Assembly: GCA_965601925.1 (NCBI GenBank)
Contig: OZ271854.1
Location: 2,304,001 to 2,368,000, forward strand
Direction of reading: 5' to 3'
Origin: Alkalispirochaeta sp.
Lineage (GTDB): Bacteria; Spirochaetota; Spirochaetia; DSM-27196; Alkalispirochaetaceae
DNA: 64,000 nt
The notes beneath the pieces were generated by a model, which saw only the letters and a program-made list of their open reading frames with translations, made no database searches and was not told the origin of the DNA. Of this stretch, positions 1-10,298 are shown one piece after another (within the stretch, counting starts at the first letter, position 1; each line of letters begins with the position of its first letter). The position numbers and the translations under genes are program-made.

Positions 1-3000
1 ACTGCGTTCACCAATGTCAGCGGCAGCGAATCGATTTCGTCCAACGCTTCGTGCATGAGTACCGCCGTTTCGGTCCCGTCGGCCGATGCCTCACACCGGA
101 ACACGCCGTCGGTTTCCAACAAGACCACGGCTCGATCGGCGCCGGCGTTCTCCATGACGACGGCGACGATTCGGCGTAAGAGCTGGGCGAGATCGATCTC
201 ACCGGCGATGACGCGCGACGCTTTTAGGATGGACGACAGGTCGACCTCGGAGTCCGTGGTGTGCGACGATTCCGTGCCGAGGATGCGTTCGGTGACCTGC
301 GGTGTTCGCTCTGTATAGTACGATTCTACATGCAGGACGACACCGCGCGCTCCCCACAGTGTGTAGTGGCGTATCGCGCGGGACAAGTACACCTCCGCAA
401 TCGCCGTTGCGCCGCGCTCGGCATAGAAGCGTGCGGCGCGTTCCTCCACAACCGCCTTCACGCGTAACGCCTCGCAGCCGGCCGCCGCCTCGACCGCCTC
501 CGTGTAGCGACCGGCGGCATCGGCGGTACGGTCGCGGACGCGGGCGATTTCGGCCTCGACGAGCAGTTGTTGAGCGGCGTACATGGGTCGATTGAGCTCC
601 GCAACGCGTGTAAGGCTACGACGCGCCGCGGCAAGGCGCTTCTGCGCACGACGTCTTTCACGTCCCGTAAGCATGGGAAGCGTCTCGGCGGCGGTAATGG
701 CCGAATACAGCCAGAAATCGTGCATGAATAACGATCCGCGGACCGAGGAGATGGTGCGCTCGAATCGGTCGGCCGCCTCGCGAGCCGCATCCCAACGGTC
801 GTATACCGTCGCGACCATCAGCTCATAGAGATGGATGATCGATACCCCGGAAAGGTACTGGGAAGCGTGAAACGCCCTGAGGGCCTCGGTGGGATCGAAC
901 GCGTTCTCGCCCGTCGCCACAGTGTCCGGTCCGTCCCGAAAGCGTCGCCACATGTGCGACGCGGCGCGAGCGGTAACGGCAGCCTCGCTGAAGGCCGTCT
1001 TTTCGATCTCCGGTATGTACCGTTCCTGTTCGGAGAGGAGCAGGTCGATATCGAGTGTGGGATGCCATAGATTGACGTAGTAGTAGGAGTGCGCTCGGTA
1101 GAGAAACTCGCCCGCGCGCTCGCTGGCTTCGGCGGCGTGTAAAAACATCGGACGCAAATTGCTCCACGGCTCGAACCAGCCGGCGCCGAATATGGCGTGC
1201 AGTACCTGTACCGCTCCGCGCCACCGCAGATCGTGAAACCGAGTGTTGATTTCAAGCGCCAGACGACCGAAGTCGTAGGCGCCTTGCGGGTCGTTCAACT
1301 GCGCGAGAAAGAGCGAGTATCCCACGTAGGCGGTTGCCGACTCGGGAGTGTTACCGTGGTAGGCCGAGAGCCGAGTCGAGCGCAGTACGGCCCAACCGAA
1401 CAGTTCGGGGCGGCCCGACAGCACCGCCGGTGGGATAAAACCGGCCAAGAGCCGCAACGCAACGCGGAGGCGAGGGGAGACGATTTCAGGGAGTTTTGCC
1501 AGATCGTCGCGCGATCGGCGCCCGATTCGCGCTCGTACCGAGGCGAGTTCCAAGAGGAGATGTGTCATGTTGGGTCTTTTGGGGACTCGTATACCCAACT
1601 CGCGTAGGCCGGCTGTACCCGCATCGGTCGATTCGTGAAACATACGAAGGTACGCCAAATGGACGGCGCGCATCTCGTGGACCGTTGCGCGCTCGACCGT
1701 GGTGCGCGCATTGGTAAGGAGCCCACGGCACCAGTGCTCCGCGGCCTCAACATCGCGATTCACGTACGCCGCTGCTGCGGCTTCGAAGAACGCCCTATAG
1801 GTGCGCTCGTAGTAATCGCTCCACCCGCCCTTCTCAAGCAAACGCGCAGCGTCCTCGAACAAGCGATAGGCGCGGCCGAACGCGCTTGCTCCTCGGGCGC
1901 GGATTCCGGCCGCGTAGTGAAGTTCGGCAACTACGGGGCGCTCGGCTGCGGAGAGTTCGTCGTGGGCGTAATGAAAATGCTCCGCCAGCTCGTCGGCGCG
2001 CTCGATTCGTCCGGCGTCATCCAATGCGGCGTACAACGCCCGCGCGGCACGCAGGTGCCACTCTCGCCGCTCCCCATCCGAGCTCAGGGCGTGGAACGAT
2101 TGGTGAATACGATCGTGGGCGAATCGAAACGCGCCGTCGGGGGCTTGGTCGTCCGAGAAGAAGAGTGCGAAGCCGTCGGATACGGCGACGGCGATGCCGT
2201 TCTCCAACGCGTATCTGACCGCCGACCGAACCCGTTCCTCCTCGCCACCGAAGACGGCCAAAAGCGTAGATAGTTCTACGGTAGGTCCGAGTAAGCCGGC
2301 GACTTGCAGGACCGTCCGCATCGATTCGGGGATGCTACGACTACGCTCTATAAGCAGATCGGCCACGTTTTCGCTGACCGGTATATCGGCGATCGCCTCT
2401 ATGTCCCACCGCCATCGTCCCGCTTCATAGTCGTAGTGGAGGCGTTCGGTGCGGGTGAGCTCTCCGATCAACGTGCGGAGAAAGAGCGGATTGCCCGCGG
2501 TTTTCCGGACGAGCGTGCGCGCTAAGCGGGAAATGTCGTCGTGCATTCCGGAGAAAAGATCCGAAAGCATCTCTGCCACGGCAGTCTCTTCGAGTGCGCC
2601 GATCGATATTTCCGTTACCGAAAGCGTACTCTCGACACGGCTGAGCATCGCACGAAATGGTGAGGTGTCGTCGACCTCATCGTCGCGATGGGCGCAGATT
2701 ATCAGGGTGTTGGGCGGTGTGCCGGTCGTTACGAGGCGCTCCAACACCGCAATATCCTCGCCATTCATTCGCTGCACGTCGTCGAGGTAGAGAACCAACG
2801 GTCGTTCGGCGTCGAACAGTGCGCGAAAAAGGGACGAGATCGCATTCTGAAAGCGATCTCGTGTCTCCGCCGGAGTCAGCGACTCCAACGGTTCCTGCGA
2901 CCCGATGATGCGTTCCATGGAAGGTGCGACGGCGTGAATAAAGGGTGCATTATCTCCTATCGCGCGACGCAGAGATCGCCGCCATTCCTCTCCGGCTACG

Positions 3001-4172
3001 GACGATCGGGATGCAATGTACTCCACGACACCGTCGATTGCCTGTACGACCGCTTGGTACGGGGTGCTGTTGTAGTATTGGTCGTATTTGCCCTCCACGA
3101 ATAAGGCGCCGGCATCCTCGATGAATCGTCTTTGCCGCTCGATCAACGCCGTCTTGCCGATGCCCGCGGGACCGGAGACGACCATGAGTTGGCGTCGCCC
3201 GGCGGCGGCGCGCTGAAAGACCTCTCGTATCCGCCGCGTATGCTCGTCCCGGCCGTATGAGGTCCGCAACACGGCGACGGTATCGCGAACATCCTGTACT
3301 CCCAAGGAGAACGGCTCCTCGACACGTTCGTGGTATCGACGTCGACACATCGCGACATCGAACTCCAAGCCTGCGGCCGTTCGGTAACGCTTCCCGGGCT
3401 CTTTTTCCAACAGTCTGTGGACTACGGCGGCAAACATTGCCGGCACGACGACGTCCCGACTCGCACCGACGGATATGAGGTCCTCGGGGACGACGGTCAT
3501 AACGGCGTGGAGCATTGCCGGTACGTCGTCGGCGGTAAGGGGTGCGCGTCCGGCCACCAATGCGTACATCGTCGCGCCGCACGAGTAGAGATCGCTCGCC
3601 TGACTGATCGCACCGGAGGCGCGTCCCGTCCTCTCCGGCGCCGAGTACGGTATTGCCGACACCGCCGGAGGCTCGACGTAATCGGCCGATTGCTGATCCG
3701 ACAAAAGTCGCGAGGACTCACAATCGACGAGATGGAGCCGCCGTGCGTCGACATCCCACAGGAGGTGCTCCGGACGAATATCACAATGGAGTACGCTGCG
3801 CTCGTGCATCGCCGCCACGATACGTGCAAGTTGAATCGAGATCTCGAAGATGTAATCCCACCTCAAGGCGGGACCCGCGATATACTCGGCGAGTGGTCGA
3901 CCGGGGACGTCGCGCATTTCGATAAACAGCGTACTCCCGGCATCTTCGACGCGATACGGCGCGGGAACCGCTACATCCGCCGAGGCCAAGACGTGGAGAA
4001 GTCGATACTCCTCGCGCAGTCGACGTACCGTCTCCGTAGATAGTGTGGCTGAGCGTACGACTTTGAAGAGCGACCGCCGATTGGTCGACCGGTCGGTTCC
4101 TCGTACCAGCTGCGTTCGATCGGTGTGAACTAACGTCTCGGTGACCGAAATAGGGCCGATCGTTTCAGGCAC
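1..4172 (-). CDS. Large Ser/Thr kinase-like + AAA ATPase + GAF multidomain signalling protein (trifunctional STK/ATPase/sensor-kinase family); 3' end outside the window
   Basis: Manual translation from GTG 4172 (MPETIGPISV...) gives a kinase loop VLHCDIRPEHLL, PYSAPERTG, SDLYSCG, Walker A GPAGIGKT (~3150-3174), Walker B LVLYLDDVQ (~2772-2798) and a GAF-like segment (VDLSSILKASRVIAGEIDL...MENAGADR) near the left edge. The frame is the same at every point checked; the ORF track omits it because no stop lies in the window. Confidence 0.88.
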   Translation of the reverse strand, partial: MPETIGPISVTETLVHTDRTQLVRGTDRSTNRRSLFKVVRSATLSTETVRRLREEYRLLHVLASADVAVPAPYRVEDAGSTLFIEMRDVPGRPLAEYIAGPALRWDYIFEISIQLARIVAAMHERSVLHCDIRPEHLLWDVDARRLHLVDCESSRLLSDQQSADYVEPPAVSAIPYSAPERTGRASGAISQASDLYSCGATMYALVAGRAPLTADDVPAMLHAVMTVVPEDLISVGASRDVVVPAMFAAVVHRLLEKEPGKRYRTAAGLEFDVAMCRRRYHERVEEPFSLGVQDVRDTVAVLRTSYGRDEHTRRIREVFQRAAAGRRQLMVVSGPAGIGKTALIERQRRFIEDAGALFVEGKYDQYYNSTPYQAVVQAIDGVVEYIASRSSVAGEEWRRSLRRAIGDNAPFIHAVAPSMERIIGSQEPLESLTPAETRDRFQNAISSLFRALFDAERPLVLYLDDVQRMNGEDIAVLERLVTTGTPPNTLIICAHRDDEVDDTSPFRAMLSRVESTLSVTEISIGALEETAVAEMLSDLFSGMHDDISRLARTLVRKTAGNPLFLRTLIGELTRTERLHYDYEAGRWRWDIEAIADIPVSENVADLLIERSRSIPESMRTVLQVAGLLGPTVELSTLLAVFGGEEERVRSAVRYALENGIAVAVSDGFALFFSDDQAPDGAFRFAHDRIHQSFHALSSDGERREWHLRAARALYAALDDAGRIERADELAEHFHYAHDELSAAERPVVAELHYAAGIRARGASAFGRAYRLFEDAARLLEKGGWSDYYERTYRAFFEAAAAAYVNRDVEAAEHWCRGLLTNARTTVERATVHEMRAVHLAYLRMFHESTDAGTAGLRELGIRVPKRPNMTHLLLELASVRARIGRRSRDDLAKLPEIVSPRLRVALRLLAGFIPPAVLSGRPELFGWAVLRSTRLSAYHGNTPESATAYVGYSLFLAQLNDPQGAYDFGRLALEINTRFHDLRWRGAVQVLHAIFGAGWFEPWSNLRPMFLHAAEASERAGEFLYRAHSYYYVNLWHPTLDIDLLLSEQERYIPEIEKTAFSEAAVTARAASHMWRRFRDGPDTVATGENAFDPTEALRAFHASQYLSGVSIIHLYELMVATVYDRWDAAREAADRFERTISSVRGSLFMHDFWLYSAITAAETLPMLTGRERRRAQKRLAAARRSLTRVAELNRPMYAAQQLLVEAEIARVRDRTADAAGRYTEAVEAAAGCEALRVKAVVEERAARFYAERGATAIAEVYLSRAIRHYTLWGARGVVLHVESYYTERTPQVTERILGTESSHTTDSEVDLSSILKASRVIAGEIDLAQLLRRIVAVVMENAGADRAVVLLETDGVFRCEASADGTETAVLMHEALDEIDSLPLTLVNA

Positions 4173-4181
4173 GGTTGAACC

Positions 4182-5393
4182 CTACCGCGTCTCGTCGAGT
4201 CGATGCACATCTATATCGGGAGAAAAGTTGAAGAGGTACGCCGCAATGAGCCACAGAATCCAACAGTTCACGCCGAAGAGAATATACCCGAAGTATCCGA
4301 GGAGGGGCATCTCGGAGAAGATGTGGATTACATCTACGTACGGAACCGAGTACTTCCAGTAGTTGGGATTGGTCGGGATATCGTTATGAAACCATTCGCT
4401 GCCGAAGTTCCACAGCTCCCAAAAAAACCCGTTGCAGAGAGTGGCCAGCCCCACGAGACTGACTCGCGACCAATCGCCGCTCCCGGAGATATCGCTCATC
4501 GGCGTCCAGTAGCCGGCGATAGACAACGCCGATCCCAACAGCGGAATCAGCGCTACCCATACCCCCCAGAACAATAGAAAGGGGAAATACCCCATCCCGA
4601 ACGACAGAGCGCCGGCCAGGATGTAGGCGATCCACAACGCCCACTTGGGGAGTGCTACGCGCGGTCCTCGACTGTAACGCGCGTCCAAGGACGGAACCGT
4701 TCGCAGTAGTGAGTACCACTCGAAAATCGCCGGCAGGACCGTCGTGTACGAGGCGGCAAAGAGGACGATGTTACCGAAGTTGGAGAATACTTCGTTGTTG
4801 GGATAGTACCAGTTCTCCAGTACAAAAAAGTTCAGAAACTCGAATGAGAACCAACTCATGCATGAGACGACGGCTAAAAGCTTCATCGTATCCGGCCGCG
4901 TTGCGACCAGCGATGCGCCTCCCGTTCTGCGATACACCAACCCGTCCAGCACCAGGACGAACGACCACCACAGCGGCACAAACGTGTAATGAGCTATCTC
5001 GAAAAAGATGCGGGGACGCGCCCAGGTGAAGAACCAACTCGCAATGAACAACGGTAGCGCGGCCCAGAACCATACCGGCAGGCGCGCGGGGTTCGGTCGC
5101 GACCGCTTCTCGACCCGCTTGAAGCCGAACAGGCGCGGCACGCTCAGAAAGATCGCCATAATGAGTGCGACCGATGCGAGAAAGATGAAGTACGGCCGGC
5201 TAAATCCGGGAGTGTCTGTGACCTTTTGTGCCGGAAACAGTCCGTATCCGGGGATCGATCCGCTCCATCGAATCGCACTCCCAATCCACGGAAGAATGAA
5301 TACCAAGATGGTGGTAACGATCAAAAACCACCGTTTTCGTCCGATGTCCCAAGGGTGCGGGTTCATGTCCCGCGATACATTTTTTACCGACAT
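4182..5393 (-). CDS. Multi-pass membrane protein, conserved hypothetical (Trp/Phe-rich)
   Basis: 403-aa ORF with about 10 hydrophobic segments and repeated FEFLN/WELWN...WxY motifs; function not recognised. Confidence 0.75.
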   Translation of the reverse strand: MSVKNVSRDMNPHPWDIGRKRWFLIVTTILVFILPWIGSAIRWSGSIPGYGLFPAQKVTDTPGFSRPYFIFLASVALIMAIFLSVPRLFGFKRVEKRSRPNPARLPVWFWAALPLFIASWFFTWARPRIFFEIAHYTFVPLWWSFVLVLDGLVYRRTGGASLVATRPDTMKLLAVVSCMSWFSFEFLNFFVLENWYYPNNEVFSNFGNIVLFAASYTTVLPAIFEWYSLLRTVPSLDARYSRGPRVALPKWALWIAYILAGALSFGMGYFPFLLFWGVWVALIPLLGSALSIAGYWTPMSDISGSGDWSRVSLVGLATLCNGFFWELWNFGSEWFHNDIPTNPNYWKYSVPYVDVIHIFSEMPLLGYFGYILFGVNCWILWLIAAYLFNFSPDIDVHRLDETR

Positions 5394-5477
5394 TTGATAA
5401 TAGTATTACCGACCAGCCGTCCTGAAGACAATCATTTTTTCACACGCGTTTGTCGATTACTCACATTTCATGACGCC

Positions 5478-6251
5478 TCATCGCTCGACCGGTTGGTCAC
5501 GGAGTGTTCTCAGCACGAGTCGCGCCGCCTCTACCCAGTCACCGTCCATCTCCTGCAGACTCCGTTGCTTGAGGTTCTCTTTCATGACCCATAGTACGTC
5601 GGGGTCGTTGCAGGTGAGCCAACGAGCCATCGTTTTTTTTCCGGCGGCCGGGTGCGCGGCCACGGCGACGCTCCAGCATCGGGCGAGACTTTTACGCAAC
5701 GTCTTGAAGTCGTCCCCGCGACGGTGTTCCACGGCGTATAACGCTTCGGTCACCCGATCGAGAACGGCGAGTACTTTGTCGACCTCGTGCGCTCTGCCCA
5801 GCAGTCGTCGCTCGCACAGTGCTTCGATCGCCGCCCGTTGTTCCCACAGAGTTCCCTCGGCCCACTTCACCATCTCGTGCGACAACGCGCTCATGTCATA
5901 CTCGCCCCAACGGTGTAACGATGCCGGGACGGCGTCGCGTATCAACGCCCGCTCGTCGGCGGCGTAAAGGCGGAGTCGCGGCAATGCGTCCCGCCGGCCG
6001 TCCACGAGCATCGACCCCAGACCCAGGACGCCGCAGAACGCCAGAAACTCCTCGGGCGAGCCCTCCGGAGCCGTTTCGCGGTTGAAAGAGAGAAGGCGTT
6101 CGAAGAGTGGGGCGTCACCCTCATCGGCTACGGCGCCGGCGAGTTCCATGTTGACGCTTCCGTCGGCGCGCCTCGACTCCTGCACGAGAAACGCGTCCCA
6201 ATGATCGAGCTCCTTCAGCCGCTCTCGATACGCATGCTTTTTCTTTTTCAT
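5478..6251 (-). CDS. HEAT-repeat-like alpha-helical protein
   Basis: 257-aa ORF with repeated helical motifs (LRLYAADERALIRDAV, DPDVLWVMKENLK). Confidence 0.6.
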   Translation of the reverse strand: MKKKKHAYRERLKELDHWDAFLVQESRRADGSVNMELAGAVADEGDAPLFERLLSFNRETAPEGSPEEFLAFCGVLGLGSMLVDGRRDALPRLRLYAADERALIRDAVPASLHRWGEYDMSALSHEMVKWAEGTLWEQRAAIEALCERRLLGRAHEVDKVLAVLDRVTEALYAVEHRRGDDFKTLRKSLARCWSVAVAAHPAAGKKTMARWLTCNDPDVLWVMKENLKQRSLQEMDGDWVEAARLVLRTLRDQPVER

Positions 6252-6454
6252 ACCTGGTTACGGTCAGTATTATCGCGCTTTCGTCGATACGCCAAGGATT
6301 TATCGCAAAAGAACCGGCCGATCATCCGAATATCGATGGAAGTCCGTCGTGAAAACGTGCTCACCATCGGTTTCGGGGCGCGTCCGGCGCCGCATGAGGT
6401 TTCGAGTCGGCTCACGGAGTATCCGACGGGCCGAATGGTGACCCGTCGGATCGG

Positions 6455-8260
6455 TTATTCGGTCTCGTCGACCCGAAACTTCTCCAGATTTTCCTGGAGC
6501 GTCTCTACGTTTTCCTTGGTAGAGCGACCGATCGATAGGACCTGATCGAGGGATTGCGCGATCTCTTGCGAGCGCGTCCCGATCTTCCCCAGATCGCGTA
6601 AGGTGTCGCCGGAGATGTCTTTTACCCGCAGGAGCGATGCGCTTATCTCGCGCGCGCCCGACTGCATCTCTTCCGATCCTCCGCGGATTTGCTCGGTGAT
6701 TTGCACCAGGTCGGTCGCGGAACGGAGTATCTCCTGACTTCCGTGGGAGAGCTCCTCGTTGCTGCCGGATATCTCCTGAAACGCCTCGGCGACGCCGCGT
6801 ACCCCTTCGCTGATACGGCCGAAGGCGTCGCCGCTCTCGACACTCGCATTCTGCGCCTGGTTGATTGCCTGCACGACCTCCGACAGCGTCGAAGAGATCG
6901 TACTCGAGTTCTGTGCGGTCGATTCGGCGAGCTTTCGTATCTCATCGGCGACGACCGCAAACCCGCGCCCCGCGTCACCGGCGTGCGCGGCCTCGATCGC
7001 CGCGTTCATGGACAACAGGTTGGTTTGCGACGCGATGCTATTGATGACCGAGATCATCTCCAGGATGCCGTCGACCGAACGGCTGATCGCCTCGATGTGA
7101 TCATTGGCAGTCCCCAGTTTCTCGCCGCCGCTTTGAGTCAGGGAAACTAGGTCTTGCGCCGCCGTACGTTTTGCTTGAGCGATACTCGACACGCTCTGAA
7201 TTGAGCTTGCCATCTGCTCAACCGCGGCGGATGTCGTCCGAATCGCGTTGGACTGATCTTCGATCCGCTTCACCAGCGACGATATGTTGGCCAGAATCTC
7301 TTCGGTCGCCGCCGAGGAGGAGGCGAGACTCTCGTCGAGTTCGGTGAACTGCGAGTTGATCGACTTGATGTTCGTATCGATCTCCGTCACCGCAGAAGAG
7401 AACGATTCGGTCTGCTCGCGTAACTTGTCGCTGGACCGCACCGTGCCGTCCGACGACGCCTTAACATTGATAATCAGGTCGCGGAGATTCTCGATCGCCC
7501 GATCGAAATCCGAGGCGAGTATGCCCAGCTCGTCGTTCCGGTTCATCGCGACCGACCGCGTCAGATCGCCTTGGGCGACGACGCCGGTGACGCCCAGAAT
7601 CTGGGCGAGGGGACGCGTAATGAATCGCGAGGTAATCGTCGAGAGAAAGATCGCGATAAACAGACCGACACTGCCGATGACCGAAAAGACCACGATGGAT
7701 CGCATGATGAGACCGTTGAGGTTGGCGTTCGTCACCGTGACGAACTCCTGCATACGATCGTCTATCTCGTTGAACGCTTGAATCGCCGGCCCGTCGCTGA
7801 TTCTGATCGCGGTGTCCACCTCATTCGTCGTCGCCCCTTGGGCAAAGAGTCTCTGCGCGGTCTCGAAGGCGGCGACGTACTCCTGGATAGTACTCTCGAT
7901 CGTACTCAAGGCTTCCATTTCCGCCTGCGTCACGCCTTCGTTCAATCGGTACGCTCGGATCGACTCTCTGAATTGCGAGAATGAGTTTGCGCCGCGATCG
8001 ACATATTGCGCTTCGTTTCTTATAACGTAGTTTTTGAAGTGGTGGATAGCTCCGCCGTATCCGAGAGCCGAGCGCATATCCAACAGCAGTTCGCGCCGCT
8101 GCTCCACGGTCTGTAGATCGGTCCAGTACTGCAGGAGTTCCTGCTCGAACCAGAAGATTCCTCCGCCCATTCCCAGAATTACCGCCGTGTTGACTATGAC
8201 GAGAAAGATGAGTCGTCCTCGTACGGTAGCGCCACGTTTCTTAGACCGTGTTGTATCCAT
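6455..8260 (-). CDS. Methyl-accepting chemotaxis protein (2 TM, periplasmic sensor, HAMP, signalling domain)
   Basis: Hairpin motif [39 protein letters not shown] segment (RNDELGILA), two TM helices. Confidence 0.95.
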   Translation of the reverse strand: MDTTRSKKRGATVRGRLIFLVIVNTAVILGMGGGIFWFEQELLQYWTDLQTVEQRRELLLDMRSALGYGGAIHHFKNYVIRNEAQYVDRGANSFSQFRESIRAYRLNEGVTQAEMEALSTIESTIQEYVAAFETAQRLFAQGATTNEVDTAIRISDGPAIQAFNEIDDRMQEFVTVTNANLNGLIMRSIVVFSVIGSVGLFIAIFLSTITSRFITRPLAQILGVTGVVAQGDLTRSVAMNRNDELGILASDFDRAIENLRDLIINVKASSDGTVRSSDKLREQTESFSSAVTEIDTNIKSINSQFTELDESLASSSAATEEILANISSLVKRIEDQSNAIRTTSAAVEQMASSIQSVSSIAQAKRTAAQDLVSLTQSGGEKLGTANDHIEAISRSVDGILEMISVINSIASQTNLLSMNAAIEAAHAGDAGRGFAVVADEIRKLAESTAQNSSTISSTLSEVVQAINQAQNASVESGDAFGRISEGVRGVAEAFQEISGSNEELSHGSQEILRSATDLVQITEQIRGGSEEMQSGAREISASLLRVKDISGDTLRDLGKIGTRSQEIAQSLDQVLSIGRSTKENVETLQENLEKFRVDETE

Positions 8261-8277
8261 AATTTTCCCGTTTCTTA

Positions 8278-8305
8278 ACTATACCGATCTTTCTCCGCAA
8301 GTCAA
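8278..8305 (-). promoter_or_regulatory. Putative sigma70 promoter of the MCP gene
   Basis: TTGACT-N16-TATAGT on the minus strand, 17 nt upstream of ATG 8260. Confidence 0.55.
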
Positions 8306-8379
8306 ATCGTCAGGACGCACACTATGCACGGCGATTGTTGGCGTTTCGTTAGCGTCTTGTGCGGCTCGATGCGCCGCGT

Positions 8380-10224
8380 TCACTTCGGGAGTTCGATTAC
8401 GAACATCGTCTCAGCCGTGTCGGCGACCGTCAGACGTCCTCCGTGGCGCCGCTCGATGATTTCCTTGGATAGCGAGAGTCCGAGACCCGTGCCGCGGCCG
8501 CTCATTTTGGTCGTAAAGAACGGCTCGAAGATCCGCTCACGTTCGTCCTCGGGTATCAACGGGCCCGAGTTGGCGATTGAGCAGTAGACGTTGTCGTCGT
8601 CCTCGTAGGTCTTGACCGTAATGGAACCGATAGCCCCCGCGTTTTCCCCGGAATGAAACGGCGCGTTCGGGCGGGATGCGCCGTGAACATCCGATTCGAT
8701 CGCCTGCACGGCGTTCAGAAGGATGTTGAGGACCACCTGAGCGATTTCGGTCGGGTAACATCGGGCCTGCGAAATGCTCGCCAACTCCCGCCTGATCGTT
8801 GCGACCCGGCGTATCTGCGGATTCGCGACGACGAGCGAGCGCTCCACGATCACGTTGATATCGCAGTGTTCCTGTTCCTGCTGAGAGGGTCGGGATAGGC
8901 TGAGGAGCGTCGACGTGACGGTCTGAATACGATCGATGCCCTCCTCGGAGTCGGCGATCGCCAGATTGATCTCCTCTTTCAGCATCGGATCATCCATATC
9001 TATGTTCGAGATGTAGTGCCCCAACGCCATGACGTTGCTCTGCAAGAACGAGAGCGGATTGTTGATCTCATGAGCTACGTTGGCCGCCAGCTGCCCCAAC
9101 GCGGCGAGCTTCTCCTGCTGATACATCTGCATCTGCATCTCCTGCCGCCGCTGCGTAGCCATGTGCGCATCTTCCAACGCGCGGTCGCGTTCCTGCACCA
9201 GGCGGACCCAACTCGTCACGTCGTACGCGGTAACGAGGGCCCCCGATGAGGCGCCTTGTCCGCGCTGTATGGGCACGATCTGAATGTCCAGTTCGATCGG
9301 TTCCCGGTTCCATTGTACCGTCCGTGACGTGCGGAGCCGCTGATCGATCGGAAGACCCCCGACCACTTTCTCGACCCGCACGATGCTCTCCAAATCGAGT
9401 CCCAGCATATTGGACTCCAGCGCAAAGAGGCTCCTCGCGACGGGGTTGAAATCGACCAGATGTCGCTCCGGATCGACGACCAGCAGAGCGGCGCGGAAGT
9501 CTTTGAATATCAAGTCGCGCGCTACCGGCGTCGCCTGAAAGAGACGAAACCAGTGGATTCCCACGAACGCGGCGCCCGCGGAGAATGCAAGGGTGAGCGG
9601 AGTGTAGTCCTTTCTCAGAAATGGGAATGCGCGGAAGACGTATGCCAAGTTGAACAAGAACGGTGTAACGGCGGCCAGGGCGATCCACCGCGCTTGTCTC
9701 GAATAGAGTCGATTGTGTCGGAGGGCGCTCCGCACGATGTACCATAGCCCCACCGCCGAGAGCGCGTAATGGTACGCCGCCGCAACCCAAAAGACCGAGC
9801 CGTACTCGCCTCGCATCGTGAGAAATCCTTCGATGCGCAAGAAGATGATTTCCTCCCAAATCAATCCGTGCCAACGGTTCGTTTGCACCATCGTCACGTA
9901 GATCGCGCTGATCCCTACAAACCACCACGTCTCCGGCGCGGGAAAGTGAGACTCCGGTTTGGCGTATCGTTTGGCGAAGGCGTACCATGTAATCGGGACG
10001 GCGGTGAGGAAGATATGATTTATCGACGCCCAGAACACCGTACCGCGTTCGTCGCTGGAAATAAGCTCGAAGGTGTTACTCAGCAACAGCGCCGCCACGA
10101 CCCCCATGTACCACAGGAGGGTTTGTGCGGCGGGTTGAGCCTTGTATTTCCACGAGGCGAGCGTCGCGATCATCAGCACGCCCGCCGCGAACGGTGCGAG
10201 CACTACGTAAAACACGTATTCCAC
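8380..10224 (-). CDS. Sensor histidine kinase (HisKA_7TM N-terminus, PAS-like region, HisKA, HATPase)
   Basis: Seven TM helices, H-box VAHEINNPL, N-box NILLNAVQA, FEPFFTTK and GTGLGL. Start placed at GTG 10224 after GGGAG. Confidence 0.93.
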   Translation of the reverse strand: MEYVFYVVLAPFAAGVLMIATLASWKYKAQPAAQTLLWYMGVVAALLLSNTFELISSDERGTVFWASINHIFLTAVPITWYAFAKRYAKPESHFPAPETWWFVGISAIYVTMVQTNRWHGLIWEEIIFLRIEGFLTMRGEYGSVFWVAAAYHYALSAVGLWYIVRSALRHNRLYSRQARWIALAAVTPFLFNLAYVFRAFPFLRKDYTPLTLAFSAGAAFVGIHWFRLFQATPVARDLIFKDFRAALLVVDPERHLVDFNPVARSLFALESNMLGLDLESIVRVEKVVGGLPIDQRLRTSRTVQWNREPIELDIQIVPIQRGQGASSGALVTAYDVTSWVRLVQERDRALEDAHMATQRRQEMQMQMYQQEKLAALGQLAANVAHEINNPLSFLQSNVMALGHYISNIDMDDPMLKEEINLAIADSEEGIDRIQTVTSTLLSLSRPSQQEQEHCDINVIVERSLVVANPQIRRVATIRRELASISQARCYPTEIAQVVLNILLNAVQAIESDVHGASRPNAPFHSGENAGAIGSITVKTYEDDDNVYCSIANSGPLIPEDERERIFEPFFTTKMSGRGTGLGLSLSKEIIERRHGGRLTVADTAETMFVIELPK

Positions 10225-10298
10225 CGTAATCTCCCAACATCGAGAATTGGATTGTTCGCCGCGAGGGCGTCTCACTGTTGTGTTTCAGTATATCCAAG

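Noticed and set aside
17..4043. Many short ORFs or a pseudogene at the left end
   Set aside because: They are shadows of one continuous minus-strand frame starting at 4172 that runs off the window.
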